A stretch of 64,000 bases of DNA from Candidatus Omnitrophota bacterium (GTDB lineage Bacteria; Omnitrophota; Gorgyraeia; VGKN01). The position numbers and the translations under genes are program-made. How positions within the stretch are numbered: position 1 is the stretch's first letter; each line of letters opens with the position of its first letter. The notes under the pieces are model-generated. The model searched no databases. It was given only the letters and a program-made list of their open reading frames with translations, and was not told the DNA's origin. Below are positions 33,201 through 34,426 of the stretch, in pieces. The stretch lies in NCBI GenBank assembly GCA_043800345.1, contig JAZDNB010000009.1, positions 27,340-91,339 of the forward strand, read 5' to 3'.

Positions 33201-34280
33201 CGCGTTGTCCCTTCCCCGGAAGCACTCGGTCTGATTTGCGTAGATACCAAAGTCGGAACCCTTGATATTGTAACCGACCCACAGTATACAGCCGAGCATC
33301 CGGAAGCCTCCTTTGCCATGGAAGCGGGAAGCGAAACTACTAATGCCGCCCTGGCACTTGCGAATCTTGGATATGGTGGAATTACGCTTATTCGTCCTAC
33401 CGGTACCGGATTGGTTGGTCAATATTCCAGAAAAAGCATTGAGCAGTATAAAGGTATAACGCCAGTATTCGTCGATACAAAACATGATGATAGGCCGTAT
33501 ATTGCATTGTCTCCTGCGCCGCAGTCTATTCTAAGTCCCCCGAGGCATACTATTAGTCTAACCGAACGCCGTAGGCTTCTCGCTGCTTTTAATGAAAGCC
33601 TGCAAACATCAAAAGAAGCAAGGATGGTACTTATGAGCGGGACCTCATTTGGCGCCATAGACATTATACCCGAGGTCATCGCAAAAACAAAAGAACGAGG
33701 TCTTAAAAGTGCGCTCATATTAGGAGAGGGTTGGCCAAAAGAGTTGGTACTAGACATTATTGCACATCAACCCGATATAATGACAATGAACAAAGATGAA
33801 TTTAAAGTATTATGCGCATATACGCTTGGAGAGAGGGAAACGGCAGCTATAATGTGGGATACTGTTACAGGAGAAGAGATTGCCGCGCTCGCACAAAAAA
33901 TTGCAGATAAAACCAAAGGTATTATCTGCGTTACTCTTTCCGATAAAGGAGCCGTTGTCGCTACAGCCGAGGAGAGTTTTATAGCAAGCAGCACGCAACA
34001 AGCAACCGCAAAGACTACGTTACGTTGCGGAGATGCTTTTACCGGTTATTTTGTCTTGGAATTATTACGCGGCAATACGTTAGGCGAAGCTTTAAAATTT
34101 GCAGTTTGTGCCTCAAGTGCCAAGGCGCAAATTTCCGGACCACAGTTTCCCGACCGTGCTCAAATTGAACAATTGGCACCTCCCGTGATTGCACGTCCGG
34201 TTATTCATGAAATTAAACCTATGAGTGCTCCGTTCTTAGATGATTTAGAAGCCGAAGAAGCTCTTGCTAGGTGTCTGTAA
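3..34280 (+). CDS. Giant multi-enzyme membrane-threaded protein 1 (5'-truncated, >11,400 aa)
   Basis: Single stop-free frame. The frame of the listed GTG at 153 stays open back to position 3 (GVNIDTRAPPTRQAIVKLLGPLSN...), matching the internal repeat at 12150/14277, so the true start is upstream of the window. Ends TAA at 34280. Confidence 0.95.
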   Translation, partial: GVNIDTRAPPTRQAIVKLLGPLSNIILLSLSSYLLANTQLSGFLGALTIWVVISSAFSIVASVRGYTTYKTGDLYEAVELLSQKDISPPEDTVSKLEKLPEVLVSAQDFISGEHDDNIANDVNTLLESYKSFPVLAVISLVLVHLRAQGLNKTEFLKSPIGRKLLLSNSQLDFILEIARLGLIDNLEQKLAPENENALLEALQRLSAMTGGQISINEIFESIIIAFKIEQMNFGIEKGNYRSSLIKRSRSKDRHVEIPLATKGYYKFLKRLRREKVNNIVTERYVAMMVDFDDTITLDMIAEELRKGHRLAVNTARTAVNLYLFQALLDKYGLTEEQKGYLTIYMDMGARKFTYSNKQFIESEEFRAYWSDHELLGYGEIWVALQSTLEMNGYSGDLITQTAPYKLYVDIGKDTPGSVAELTKKSDSIARDLQNNLRKLGYNLTVIRAGDSKIIIYPAGINKQRAAVDYASSLGVSQDKILKLDDRGASCFNNGFSLVMMPGAIWLDADTRTDFAIVITPSDLQNELGGLKRGYEATSSILGTFIILSQLPAGTDSQFISLVKGLYSLDREVRARTIHMLARYNTELAIRYLIASLYDDKQTSQVALDYLINLNVGDGTVERLLVEAVNQPEKFLELPYTQCAIQKAKKRSASRVIRGLSLQALAQRGLEFVDRRSLAIDVREIIEKTLKTDPWTCAQEILVYAQTGAEGVKEFLIELAAQENVEIRDAALQGLLYLLTVDDKPFFYKAYEKSRNKIIFASVAGKVFADDLDGFLSILKKAEDASVRSALIRSLVYSKVDSEIMGQMLLEWVQENRVDEKEIIAVAFIAGERCLPQLSKQLFSYLSATASVEIRLAVTIALHQIISVLPVSQNNLRDDIISGLSLEAAKTLSINPELSSFITRSITGLLGYPDVSTFPIENYSEKMVRDIEKLCRQNEYILSVRLAPSSLTKGYWVPGSDIDHIKVYLDARADVQEIKTLKDAFVSIFKRYGVFLSIEPVRVETVTPDAIPSPQDESKAKLALWDNGVFYWDYGSIYQLGEDFENWLYEGRFVNPKFEYRILMMFYLGYLSREKIERILKVGQVLPEELEIVRRRILSTLDIPISANARRVLSYLHILTMAGSLTEIYPKLILPAYRRDYFLKGLIELGNIGLVTLDTESGMLTTPFYHYESKIQVVDALQEPGILKWLKARMEPGLYARDICVMISSVQEADLAINKALEEGLPQVQLFISPGKDFDAKQVGQILDFIDKRRAELENFPILAGIKLSITPDSDILSLRESVGIANGPLVKLLREKHMRLDCISFSNVRIPWIDIATRTNGLEILRHNLDSLHFFTSSATIHHLDIARIEISASEVEKLVDLIDGGKLEPNKLEKIFAMLAEFGIQVELPEARLGQDKVSIYFEEVIKSYNARAPPSRQIQFTDSSRHTVALLPVVKRLGVLEETLQQIFESRRLSEQLIAYLDSYLTAHYTRFDGDLEALITSLIDSYSLELKTDFSQVIYTGREKGIDHSLWNDMPEELRRVLIRRKLDGADISKDIAHFLGNIKPEDIEWFDIEDFSVRTRHIYKINYKIQVKIKNVPTPISVFVKITTSAEETFWGETAQLLGLSNLRVVGLPEKGKGLLLIEAGPGRTLDDISANDLQNRDIAKAVFSALGSYALHDVLSIGDASLANNLVGENISNILSIDHVECLRNELNIGVQYKADRRGLYLVTKLRDTLSPEDITELLVAYEKSYIASYMHILKNADDIERLIIKYFGQDSDALGIFRKNLLLVGSDICGFFDTSEKMILADMPITKAMEHIRNKVTDQDQARITAREVMNEMGLTSELHIKLINDALFSELSIKDTLSQLRRVDISQPSGQLENCVMKILRRLAEKQLLQEPEIVGMLDNMIAENEEIVQQLRAGRSTYVPQLLLDHQSVEDLTRAFNAMGSLYGRLRFYNWRTKIDERGGVNRDWDFEHGSMEEFDEYLRENNVYWAYYNRTHSGEHKRDLKDRVSGLEIPISHQKEGLRTIADVIKKTVIDFIHQKYGEDLDVEVISIRVNGSRFYKLSTTDKAADIDNVTVVTARRDGQEIPIRDIIYELPLSARIPGINLTGMAITSSYYVNGHSHDPHTMLTYVSSLRSGIPIVGPHAYQSTMPEDIQLLDVINLIGSGSDYLRRGPGYYRKWVNRTAEVYLVLFKLGLLENFDLNAHTAMIDKIHNAIISNDQKFLSEFLAWAQGEEEHLTALVIKRLEEYSHRRKLVLLNGFYSTADSEEASALQDTLRSLNSEFDDIQSAHKEIPVTEHYWSGWHHRLHRCYDDTASLESHKELLAAEDKTFDITLAQKSPYGDILNALFERYALTTGIAGIMFSSQEAWAYSIYLALAKNPHTPVTLLRQIYNVVEAMKEGGRNVLAPSSVFYQIELALANNVNIDTKLLKKIANANLPDSEIGIAAQKTLKIRAAAKELAKSNNLLIAYRAAKKLQDYGSVVSPLLVRMIRNINPKDMFTPLLATRILGTVGDVTATSTLIDLLNQASNHYLGKDHKEALGYFAAEALGNIGDDRAITVLFSHLGFFRYDDAIRRATHSPVAFAATQSLLKMNKDPEMTSAINQKVIRYIHDILTYDGDMNTNNMEYIEFCYRSQNIVYLLARLDMDRQEKITLLKKVIEKTSEVMMPDLLMIEIMHEAISALGELKAEECVPLLIATFYDKRAPPEVRAEIIEALGDIGTTVAAEFIKNIAATHEKKPKPQVNVDPERLVYNALSRTMLRLDARQHKVTEDHGLKIWHASFHGLYDSGIRGLGFPDGGGQIYYHISVAKQLGMLDEDLEVRSLVRASGSQDWDINVDFGAPIDRLSARAELDRIPFGPDGVINRYDLWHFMDDFDRNMTRYMEYAGMPDVLHIHSADAGTLALARWAKSHNIPVVFVVHSPGLVKLEALTASRLPILRTIGEDPRREFLGLKESMELIMRIEAENEFLELSDKVVTYTDHEIREQWKGYPAYEAAIRANKFYTIYPGIDHDVFKPTSALTPEELERTKPVRDRIINEIRRQIKEAGIIGPVFSIGTLARLVQRKNFEGLVESWTQSSVLVNNSVIFIAGGSADVLMKGETTEALRGTEKEIYRSMVENARRVQTEDGQDASKRLIFLGNLEHETDVPEYMRILADGIPQEGVEHPRPDHPEDWAVYPYGVFINPALYEPFGFTLLESAACGAIPIMTANGGAIEVIDEAVNGFIVNPSAPESIRRALLTVFFSSNRQTMSEAAITNVERNFSWPRHARETLKVYRTVTGEETEVAESLVQKTFDYYDSFIAAPQYVVSETTFTPEAKIDVLLVEPQDFVDTAVAIGKDIIGRFSDRSLREKIEEYRKREVRERVNHEILRAESIFQEAERIRSENPDSRGAEEFVKKTISLYAQAENIYAKIGVALRSPDDIISRQQQIARLRESYIVTSGYEDTRPDQIWYVTCCDRDIEPLLGSYLEELKLWGFGGDRIYDPIEGGTYYKKVEIAIFEDSTDETIINKNLAIIEKYRSLGLKIRYCGIEDSLVKDAPELGPRDRVRKQLWYTSQRDIIRFFGKERALRLLGMSPEKFDLPAERQITETGRRGYGNAREGVRLWALYEYNRMPHNVLLGSIDDDEPIGQIIQSASGYKVLRHATNWFNNYGRMFERYPDISILSGNVTGDSAIEGVAPNIFVKTCSHLLTLLDFASFRSPHDAWPAEDDIRELYRAQAPNPAYGLNPTAHAHINENMAARKYAQATKKQYRFPIPEQGQLTLGEQLRMILEDINSVYFGRWLTRPILYRHGGVVIGAQDEPIPYIRKAPEGPVMGGLLLMRKDAFVSWPLPKGGFHDLRYASPTHLRLLPKFGFPVHGVFMPARHQRTQEYRFDLMQSEEMLDFQKKINYGLEDEIGNRLFFAMLDFYHIDSAEGLQTMPFDASVFAREHPEIYDRIVKDAVRTQITNIKEINRLVGLLKAMFNQQYWWQLDSNFTQAITELKRFVAIAEANYGTYDITDLNVRIRHYMEETGFAALTAYLNGMRDGIEVVHSVISEKITLPPVKSVSELPISEPQTQSTLANFFTYALKGKFTVLNWITRILGLPAIVMEELISHYLIGNFFARVHLQSPTLSYVGVNIDTRAPPLRQAIVKLLGPLSNIILLSLSAYLLSSTHLSGLLSVITAWSLVASVLSIVASVRGYATYKTGDLYEAAQLLKGKYPRLISFLGIEESRLLSTLSKISITCAIAAVVTLYSFFRVNIFSSYTRPIVGADVFISFLAVAAWLMWVREIFNTIFNRALYILRKGIPELTRRSLVVLIATGIIVMTSVLAPFTPTLNSDTSYMASTSTPLVQKNNFAQLPSQRLPIIQVTPELYRAPAAQEALRQITKEEQTTLNVIFSEYVALKNTLRNNGITQEEINAQAARFLTSQLSARCPRLYPLYREFERLCTRYGEEGRVLLALGAGRDPIFAPLISFFSGYLGFGKYIKGEVPTHAALVSLTGEGSPIMYEMIPGKDVRATSLIEFFMRYPTAQLYLFPKTDTTLFDELSVYLQQQVGAKSAFGYFSWVNGRFFGGYCSEFIYSVLIKIFGSHFSIALPAYPPTNGWLFFSPFVMGSKIISPLQLGGLTIDGKPLQLIFEGPGFSETVAAALVRNIGNLFIWAGNRLINVVNNTVSPVFQQVLLFVATGVIPLLVLAKRRLFSSRPAQETTNEAEAEGLTLREKLEIISGVSFIEILVIKLLSNYVAIPLAIAIPLLASFILYAAVKRIPLETQEDARDIDKRDTTQSALANFFTYALKGKFTVLNWITRIVGLPAIVIEEVISHYLIGNLFARVRLQRPTLGYVGVSIDTRAPPTRQAIVKLLGPLSNIILLGLSAYLLANTQLSGLLSALTIWAVISSALSIVASLRGYTTYKTGDLYEAAQLLRKTKKQLELSADDEIMLGTMTHGWGTGIRWMVEKESIRDLWTISKQFEFQFGNLKKRFLKTEHAKLSPYEQKIFDKLGELYVALTAYKPSSVTIGKALEGILSEARRQEGIDIAELGAALTELEQRYANIENEFKQQKTHEEIAANLKQAMAAALRAMMPGTLQEEITSHPFWGRAIGFMVEHYIPVRDPRYVGRPIQELYLILQETINTLFTEYHYKQDGQYEDSYKEVKARARENALLAVGIIRPILNEVFQNGPQVVIGEDENLRRIVTSLENQKRHLTELDYQEYIALAPEERKSREPVITRMVEEERSKKMHWLAWPGQNEFIHELFMVRAEVLIGEDANLHHRFANLIRQKRRLAELAYQEYIALAPEERKSREPVITRMVEEERSRKILWFAWPGQNKFIHELFMLRAELETVYLLAIAGNTMDFGDQKFVARIEQAQKEGKSSFDFLLEDVVKIFEDGLSAPHNVDEMLADLVKGRNLLGARQKRMGDDFSDEYRPKITVLYDNAGEDILELLHVEFLLRLGFNVNMAGRALPVINDATADELRDIVTCVSFPDYMDRVDKARKALGIKNDAAWRQLTRLRGDFNVNFRIRQRCKALSSGSRLYGTVPAQMSEECKKEIAESFMVIGFGQGNFESVWPVLWTRPFYHVLMLKTAARLGKTFSDHFKDMSRIILCNPATNREEEEKAEQQLAVSAGGLKALNADDPRVIAVLNAMRAHFGERLPSSLSNIFIRVENFIPGGVVGETQIAMAAERAVKKMFGKNVLIGPDEEQLRLLGQAGNEDMWFVVLSGKYLYIGDNTHIGPNSIVDNSRLGANCLVVDSMLDNTSLSAGTTARRLINRRGILSRGLKLEDYGEIMEHGSIEPLSARKVFLRELRKKGVTIIAPWLTYIDSSVTADQIEEGVVLLPGVVIRQDDEAKGSVRIGKGCVLGLGAKITNTVIESSVERPTEVISSSLMDCHVGSGIKMTLEELERESIVSGTLKPQEEQLPVGLLFDEQGSITGRRYRINPHSVLETVSNEEYYRLSQAAMKEYRQDLRKRLADSREKAEELAKEKGRPVTARKRNNVTRSIEFVLSLAHLPQILAERYVYDCLSKTTAVSPLQRSKERYNRAAFCEHPFADDNETTYYSFLRRELYKIPDESKRLICALKLVALGNYFDRDEVLRSDGKFAHLVRLIREDGLEKALDDEDIRRYFSATFEDSQQFVDDLLASQKGIRTIDARGKGTVLLSANDCGLEAAMHMILAEALTDCNFKVVITANNSPMGHDLDVRDVHDLFGKDKSAVVRVYGKEQLVSEELVRCFNEGRVRVISDGSGTRGINPVDVSSDLYDVIMNQEDALAWILTGGSNLSNVLPVGREIPQPKLYLANNDRKVQIVVGKANMNVEEERALIYYQPYKKILKMERDLEEQWSEISDELMIQPSFMVWTREWHDERKVPQFAKNATSKIKEALRFLETKDESLIRRARLLEVELVESGPHIKTRFRSSFDKVFFVNPKTGTVYIDKKFFESVIVRKDSELILATILGKAATMVQSLETYERENHIISKEAISSCNRLSETTGKMIYLEFDNVVDDFLATEETKAARSRTERFINILPARIRPAISRSLEQINTLLLKALDGIHKRLCEIVFNQAHLSRLTNDLELVADAIKVKDLRNKRIKNILNGLGGSFVRFSTLRMIYRVLMFGNYLTYRGIGRNGEVRSVALNHISSHGVYNFLRVIDDFQRGRNVNLGELSVYVQNYSELLKDIRSHLEYLQTVHKRLAAIPSVEYRNGIHITYERWAGGSIYEFVINNENISIGEVVKVIEEIASEQSHEPRTLEPVGVVREMPTFRLLGRPGVIGGFFRVRGGKIDAGIQQVILSQQSERRTKAQAYFPKREVTYGYIAPEALHPLAATFIQMREFSDDAEGYNEAEDFVNAITKAKTPKDILYAAFFQAMTPHKPREFSHKKTKYILDLDLIEILGEVLFILGQFKESDFPEGSYLYWHEAMRALKASMLSQEVASHQVRLDPMVKEVVIDLFSKIKKANLHNHLSGSVRPELLLITLLKSYKARERFVEVIVVNDEQVYRNKRKYKTLQEAYEEDKTQDPRIEALSFNEWVDLKFRRAFELPSDSMKILSSFISQYSDTYGFDCLRELDIRELLKSEPVLVEQWQNAVRHMWSFIEYKPFEARNEIDLMGYFYKLEPVYCVLKSDIGNEATRLFVKDLAIDLFTKDGVRVFELMTAGSSQTAVMETGGVIRQKSREAIAIELENKLVPTLEGLIEAEKELNGKLATGLQVLLLKEDYRNLGVEKMRIEQEALSRAGDLSGEDIIKYILGPYRQRTGVTNEDLELTLGTRVFNRMRNAMGTGGVTRQIADEIGPEALQRIYVRLEVLARVQEVIDAQVDGIIALKERWQTEKPEYAQRLVSIGTAGEEIDFVSWTHRRALRKASQYGFKITAHAGEEIRDPIASVERVKYVAKSVDDGGYQANRVDHATIISVHPERLQGFRSPRELFELRQKQIEATQLLVQMGVPVTKCLVSNRWISKVLLGDDEMQIHFLLKIMPSLIVLSPDNRQVFGRVDGVSEELIRADTSPTLEELWEYNCNIRYGELLTIVDNGFRSTFVQPERVQSVLASEPEETSRLAATSGAEEEAIGPEEGFTAKSLISMFIGIGLGALLGIAFHSVLAGGIVGFIFFSQILSIIIATSRLKHPVLIEDGNVKALKERPALSNFFKLAGHTADTVYINPYLPEFFQRWYLFHEQNEQLLEKRLPKPITELIATALDVSYIPISVGSLMLQKAKSIQARIPSGIFVWKKTEAFPSVPVSSGLDEQVFVSEASRREIVFFGSGYIGLVAAACLADKGHNVTLIDVNEDTISKLQKGEIHIYEPGLKDLIARNKERLHFVLNRAGTDTPEAVAATERADIIYTCVGTPQSDDGSANLTYVKEVATTLGKVLKNVSRDKIIIMKSTVPIGTTEGENFGEVIYSIVDEQSRKFIHLVDNPEFTREGQAVSDFMKPDRTVIGIKEADAYAQAEMRLFYSAFEGKGYGEFLLTDVRSAELIKYGSNGFLALKISFINELSILAERFGFDIKIIADHIGKDRRIGRAFLNASLGFGGSCFPKDVQAFCHTVEMAGVSDEIPHQVIDVNERQKKRFVKRIADSLRKVGAQGPVTVSVWGLAFKDNTDDIRESSSLYIIRDLIESAKAAGIDITIRAYDPNPGACHNTSSRTIAQGGLKELIDEGSVIICDNIEESLEGSYAMVIATEWKNWSRQTGRPFGLNDKKNLRYIEGRLKGRLIFDGRNLIDKPALLGTGLTYHSVGRPVYYGNYIKNFISSFINLFRQCTFYGYVIYYCLSTPGYRRLLFKKEGLGFTLWELGRLSALYLKATFAYIIYEVAENKGANGDEVLKGMGYDRRIGPEYFKPTPGRGGPYLPTATKLLVQIGEDFLKREDIPDVTDKQKQLRARVRNLELLASIDKANEGQVIKVMARLRTALGVEKVAGGNIAVLGTAYKGAASSIEGSVAMRIITDHLAYCSSIVVFEPDPEARARAKKMLKNSTNVIFAENMDDLKNKARGVGGLDALLILTDNEEFKLLDTSGIRKRTAKMVVYDTCNVTDPANFTDKPHVIYIRTGRPMFMGMEVLPRNGNRGSPVLARAAETQHSLLVSTLYNNFNSAGTIITRIVWGVLWLTALVTVGISHEFTHMISALSLSLKVTRKREFYKGNISIDGPPQRVNIAKALAPLAGPFIIPLFLTAVSLLLNVQIDIPNWIKILYLGFSVVSFIYDLSSEGDLAELYRPLKGRVQNFASKLFGADASLLPKKIGLAVVIFGTIGLLNIVLMCIFLPYPDVLLILWGNFGFGVLLFIFAILGWLDTLSERIEKFYYMHLWQKALPSYYTHEAWKVAKENRVIFPYLHGEGSRVSEPNTYKYFTLFKFGDPEAIREYSEYMASHIRYDISSDIEPEESEYYDFFDPEKWVVLSKVHPVPPLHSTQMLGRLLAERLKVKLVSLNERSSFGNYSKLSLDEREKVVYGNLVVENPEEVRGKNVIIYDDVSISGFTLMEMARAAFAAGARSVRAYTMFDPKNDPKFEIGAYRYLMYEHPELVLPILQSDMSIAQTAIKYLMRFASESPDAFENLMRQVKDERLREILDLVTSYLQITSKEDTLNPTPLFNIITSLLPARAYAERPDSEVKPVEIGFAVTVDRDGKTEVDHSLNANAIFSTPEIIEQVGAHLAKAVDDSIDISRFTPGAYPAGLHIVAPNRSGMLTAIALERQLGCSLHRFDEDFPWLKKGDAIIIAIDKPTRELLKILKICEAKGIFVAAVCTLTKNNISNVEKYLKRKGIPFVSSPHIHTMFGDLNVDMQDRELLAPLLTGESSLGERLQGLKQLKDKSLRGTLPNEFCDSMLTAMEDWPSPSLAVLYAYQMGYNYITFTDRRDITPEATKEALEAARILKISVCSPYYTTLKRATYYPEEIALQTQLLSAIPELDMFQRKVKESRGVLKRGIEHLNKDGITSPDPYLALSAQYSRQIEEIVQALCPVVLEHLRRTIPGFKLTEQDFALCIGGSAAGRTATLASDLEVDFIARDEKSADAVTEHFAPLLAQCLRTIGIEITPPDDLFRAQLRERHLIKVDKLFDYRVGAYSEQAKGLIRALSYEFAWGSKDVYSNFMASVPPELKPDIPHDIMSRMTEFTDGYLRLSEDGEGEFDGRNFVVSVDSERDLIMNVQRSLRVFQIGLFESLVRKLPQYLMSGLNPSLTEDAIPRTIPELLVFMNERGFFGDIIPQQEIEKVVLAWKRTIMARQIKVALTGGLNSAVSLGQLPPTLLNDFVILHDFILSHVITRRSIFQTKIQRLLGELAFSIFTRLMRDAADTTYDENSRHFDIRGTMRHAVTEQSRLLEAVRYLREAAAAYAAGDAEAYEKSLRAYGEYQRALYEDLKINYRNTDPSLEVLCEFANKLPKVLGASHIPGWGGNIGIWADEKDVIAIRRTITNFIRSDGYRNVLQKQYPDLSPKEINEKVMATVRGVIIFTPGPAANTVIEGDVDRLIEALRDPNSSTVALLKKIYGEEDTYRDGQKFAYYELARQRYLSLLEEFKRLHPDAKNIVVSRSGGRVIFAGTHSDYHYGRVLNAPTLSDTLVVMAINPLSNQVQANTMDELFPQASFNPERLDIINIPKEDLNTTQWYRYVAYTLYFLSQMIRRSEGRTLDQPGLYILVDGRPEDKALPVGAGLSSSAALDVAVSIAFLGLTGRKLTASQITAACQEAEHALGFPCGAQDPFGAMRGWLPGAEPDKMYGQLMDCLPMVDAGGRPVFNAELVELPPGLNAVLINTGAKSPRWPLEFSARVAEGMLGTFMLAHMLRQRFQTQFDGLLREGDMEERYYSDEASGVRVKPENAGTFPLFYKPFLVSFPELRRLGIDISERELAHMIDMLPKDMTKAQLVKILGWLLYNDLFALGGLKEENVDAVFTMLAKGIEASFDGKDFERERLEELKAAIRNELKAQVSMQELEPPSASVTVFEESKVAKASEVEEKDIRGVIRDDHDRLYSEAMGEALALRAVTQPTNVVICLTTYESAEFIERTLDEIMKEIKYFPNFYRVQIFVSPNGPGCNEITSRIQEFFRTRAPGFASRVSVLPLTLGGQMYAQQSMVKTIKAHPKFFGENPMLLWIEDDVRFLDGSLYKVAETLRTQTIEKRQALLVGCRKVRLNPESVRQKPQGILRRIMGSVLNGSENEDSLTRTQHLSRAIPSMTGSNLALWADAWPLRTYDALLYNKVGIYPDTVLLNLFHHSVPEAGMRTIPVEDAVVYQLSSSSFSERLSRETAPRSRENYFPVRHGRILISGTPHPLDSLKTRITVFLRYLVYAYLTEPTRRRITRSGLTKSIEEATWTRAQETLDWSDKNTDVIQVRTLDSHRPEHRILQEGITFTQQLLAYKYAREDRMVQGGERFGIRAKEIENSPAATLAIRVMNKTLSRLRREYPHSRYSVDDYKHLLAYSVLAQGSPSEIRAFKVFLLSGMSAKAMKKRIVEMLKNGLYDLVEREILNIVDADTIDDVLPYTIAYDNTISPKKRIEILLTYLTTGQLLYKAEELIPERLAQSYADIYNQYTNPSGKWLFKTTDAVSCARLFKAKRRIAKGNMAAVEKLNREFIRGYYQLNPRQRAQLSLALLNEENPQLLERRVVPSPEALGLICVDTKVGTLDIVTDPQYTAEHPEASFAMEAGSETTNAALALANLGYGGITLIRPTGTGLVGQYSRKSIEQYKGITPVFVDTKHDDRPYIALSPAPQSILSPPRHTISLTERRRLLAAFNESLQTSKEARMVLMSGTSFGAIDIIPEVIAKTKERGLKSALILGEGWPKELVLDIIAHQPDIMTMNKDEFKVLCAYTLGERETAAIMWDTVTGEEIAALAQKIADKTKGIICVTLSDKGAVVATAEESFIASSTQQATAKTTLRCGDAFTGYFVLELLRGNTLGEALKFAVCASSAKAQISGPQFPDRAQIEQLAPPVIARPVIHEIKPMSAPFLDDLEAEEALARCL
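855..1530 (+). other. HAD-IIB (Cof/sucrose-phosphate phosphatase-like) domain in giant protein 1
   Basis: Motif I MVDFDDT, motif II AVNTAR, motif III PAGINKQRA, divergent motif IV ILKLDD. Confidence 0.7.
1690..2720 (+). other. HEAT/PBS-lyase-like helical repeats
   Basis: Recurrent helical units such as DREVRARTIHMLA, NVEIRDAALQGL, DASVRSALIRSL, SVEIRLAVTIAL. Confidence 0.7.
2815..3000 (+). other. Pol-beta-type nucleotidyltransferase domain 1
   Basis: ILSVRLAPSSLTKGYWVPGSDIDHIKV resembles hG[S]x7-13DxDh. Confidence 0.6.
4720..5090 (+). other. Atypical kinase-like (HipA/PI3-4K-like) domain
   Basis: VFVK..E, LLLIEAGPG hinge, HDVLSIGDASLANNL catalytic-loop-like segment and ILSIDH. Confidence 0.45.
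6100..6420 (+). other. Pol-beta-type nucleotidyltransferase domain 2
   Basis: VISIRVNGSRFYKLSTTDKAADIDNVTVV (GS...DxD). Confidence 0.55.
7090..8260 (+). other. HEAT/PBS-lyase-like helical repeats
   Basis: AAEALGNIGDDRAITVL, AISALGELKAEECVPLLI, VRAEIIEALGDIG. Confidence 0.8.
8295..9810 (+). other. Sucrose-phosphate synthase/sucrose synthase-like GT4 glycosyltransferase domain
   Basis: HGL..GLGFPDGGGQIYY, RIPFGP, PDVLHIHSADAG, HSPG, RIEAENE, ARLVQRKN, GVFINPALYEPFGFTLLESAACG, NGG, FSWPRH are SPS/SuSy family signatures. Confidence 0.85.
10320..11600 (+). other. GT-A fold glycosyltransferase-like domain
   Basis: YVTCCDR, IAIFEDS, GYGNARE, LLGSIDDDE (DxD). Confidence 0.55.
12150..12568 (+). repeat. 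Membrane cassette type I, copy 2 (419 bp; degenerate M50-like)
   Basis: acccaatccacccttgccaatttcttcacctacgccctg...gaggcggcgcagct; same length as copy 3. Protein has EELISH, RAPP, LLGPLSN and GDLYEA. Confidence 0.95.
13300..13800 (+). other. Permuted papain-like NlpC/P60 (YiiX/YebB-type) domain
   Basis: His before Cys: PTHAALV ... YEM ... GYCSEFIY ... ISP. Confidence 0.75.
14277..14695 (+). repeat. Membrane cassette type I, copy 3 (419 bp)
   Basis: acccaatccgcccttgccaatttcttcacctacgccctg...gaggcggcgcagct; the first ~75 nt are nearly identical to copy 2. Confidence 0.95.
15330..16750 (+). other. DUF89/ARMT1-like damage-control phosphatase domain 1
   Basis: AIAGNTMDFG, LYDNAGE, PVINDAT, GQGNFES. 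Confidence 0.8.
15480..15953 (+). repeat. In-frame tandem duplication, 2 x 237 bp (79 aa)
   Basis: atcggcgaagatg at 15480 and 15717; identical core YQEYIALAPEERKSREPVITRMVEEERS. Confidence 0.95.
17090..17620 (+). other. GlmU-like left-handed beta-helix (hexapeptide repeats)
   Basis: IGDNTHIGPNSIVDNSRLGANC; KGVTIIAPWLTYIDSSV; VRIGKGCVLGLGAKITNTVI. Confidence 0.75.
18030..18900 (+). other. DUF89/ARMT1-like domain 2 (degenerate)
   Basis: VALGNYFD, ANDCGLE (for DNAGE), PMGHDLD (for PxxND), SDGSGTRG, TGGSNL. Confidence 0.6.
20785..22530 (+). other. Adenosine/AMP deaminase-family amidohydrolase domain with large insertions
   Basis: KANLHNHLSGS, GTAGEE, ITAHAGEE, RVDHA, CLVSN, LSPDN. Confidence 0.85.
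23184..24630 (+). other. UDP-glucose/GDP-mannose 6-dehydrogenase domain (complete)
   Basis: GSGYIGL, YEPGL, CVGTP, KSTVPIGT, NPEF.REG, AELIKY..N.FLA.KISFINE, GFGGSCFPKD (catalytic Cys), GLAFKDNTDDIRES, FDGRN. Confidence 0.95.
24780..25565 (+). other. Degenerate second copy of the UDP-glucose dehydrogenase central and C-terminal domains
   Basis: MGYDRRIGPEYFKPTPGRGGPYLP (Cys lost), IAVLGTAYK, LILTD, VYDTCN. Confidence 0.75.
25690..26050 (+). other. Membrane cassette with intact HExxH (M50/zincin-like), divergent relative of type I
   Basis: VGISHEFTHMI (cat at 25758), ISIDGPP, LAPLAGPFII, EGDLAELY, in the same order as in cassette type I. Confidence 0.65.
26430..26910 (+). other. Type I phosphoribosyltransferase (ComF-like) domain
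   Basis: PRPP-binding loop KNVIIYDDVSISGFTL and AAGARSV; a degenerate second PRTase-like fold follows at ~27330-27710. Confidence 0.75.
28250..28700 (+). other. GlnE/DUF294-like nucleotidyltransferase domain 3
   Basis: FALCIGGSAAGRTATLASDLEVDFI. Confidence 0.6.
29320..30730 (+). other. Galactokinase (GHMP) domain, C-terminal half placed before N-terminal half
   Basis: C-half at ~29320-29620: MRHAVTEQSR ... LGASHIPGWGG. N-half at ~29985-30730: GRVIFAGTHSDY, PVGAGLSSSAALDVA, AEHALGFPCGAQD. Confidence 0.8.
31360..32100 (+). other. GT2-like glycosyltransferase domain
   Basis: VVICLTTYESAEFIERTL, IFVSPNG, LLWIEDDV. Confidence 0.7.
33230..34190 (+). other. PfkB/ribokinase-family carbohydrate kinase domain
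   Basis: AGSETTNAALALANLG, NKDEF, VTLSDKGA, TTLRCGDAFTG. Confidence 0.85.
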
Positions 34281-34297
34281 TTTTATATTGCGAAATA

Positions 34298-34326
34298 TTG
34301 AAAGTTATAGCAAAATAAGGTATAAT
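34298..34326 (+). promoter_or_regulatory. Sigma70-type promoter for giant gene 2
   Basis: TTGAAA (34298-34303), 17-bp spacer, TATAAT (34321-34326), in a very AT-rich intergenic region. Confidence 0.7.
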
Positions 34327-34426
34327 TTAAGTATAACATATTTTAAACATTACTATTATGTAGTTTTAATTAACTTTTATAATTGCATAAATAATTATAC
34401 ATAAATTTAAAAGGTTAATCCTAGAT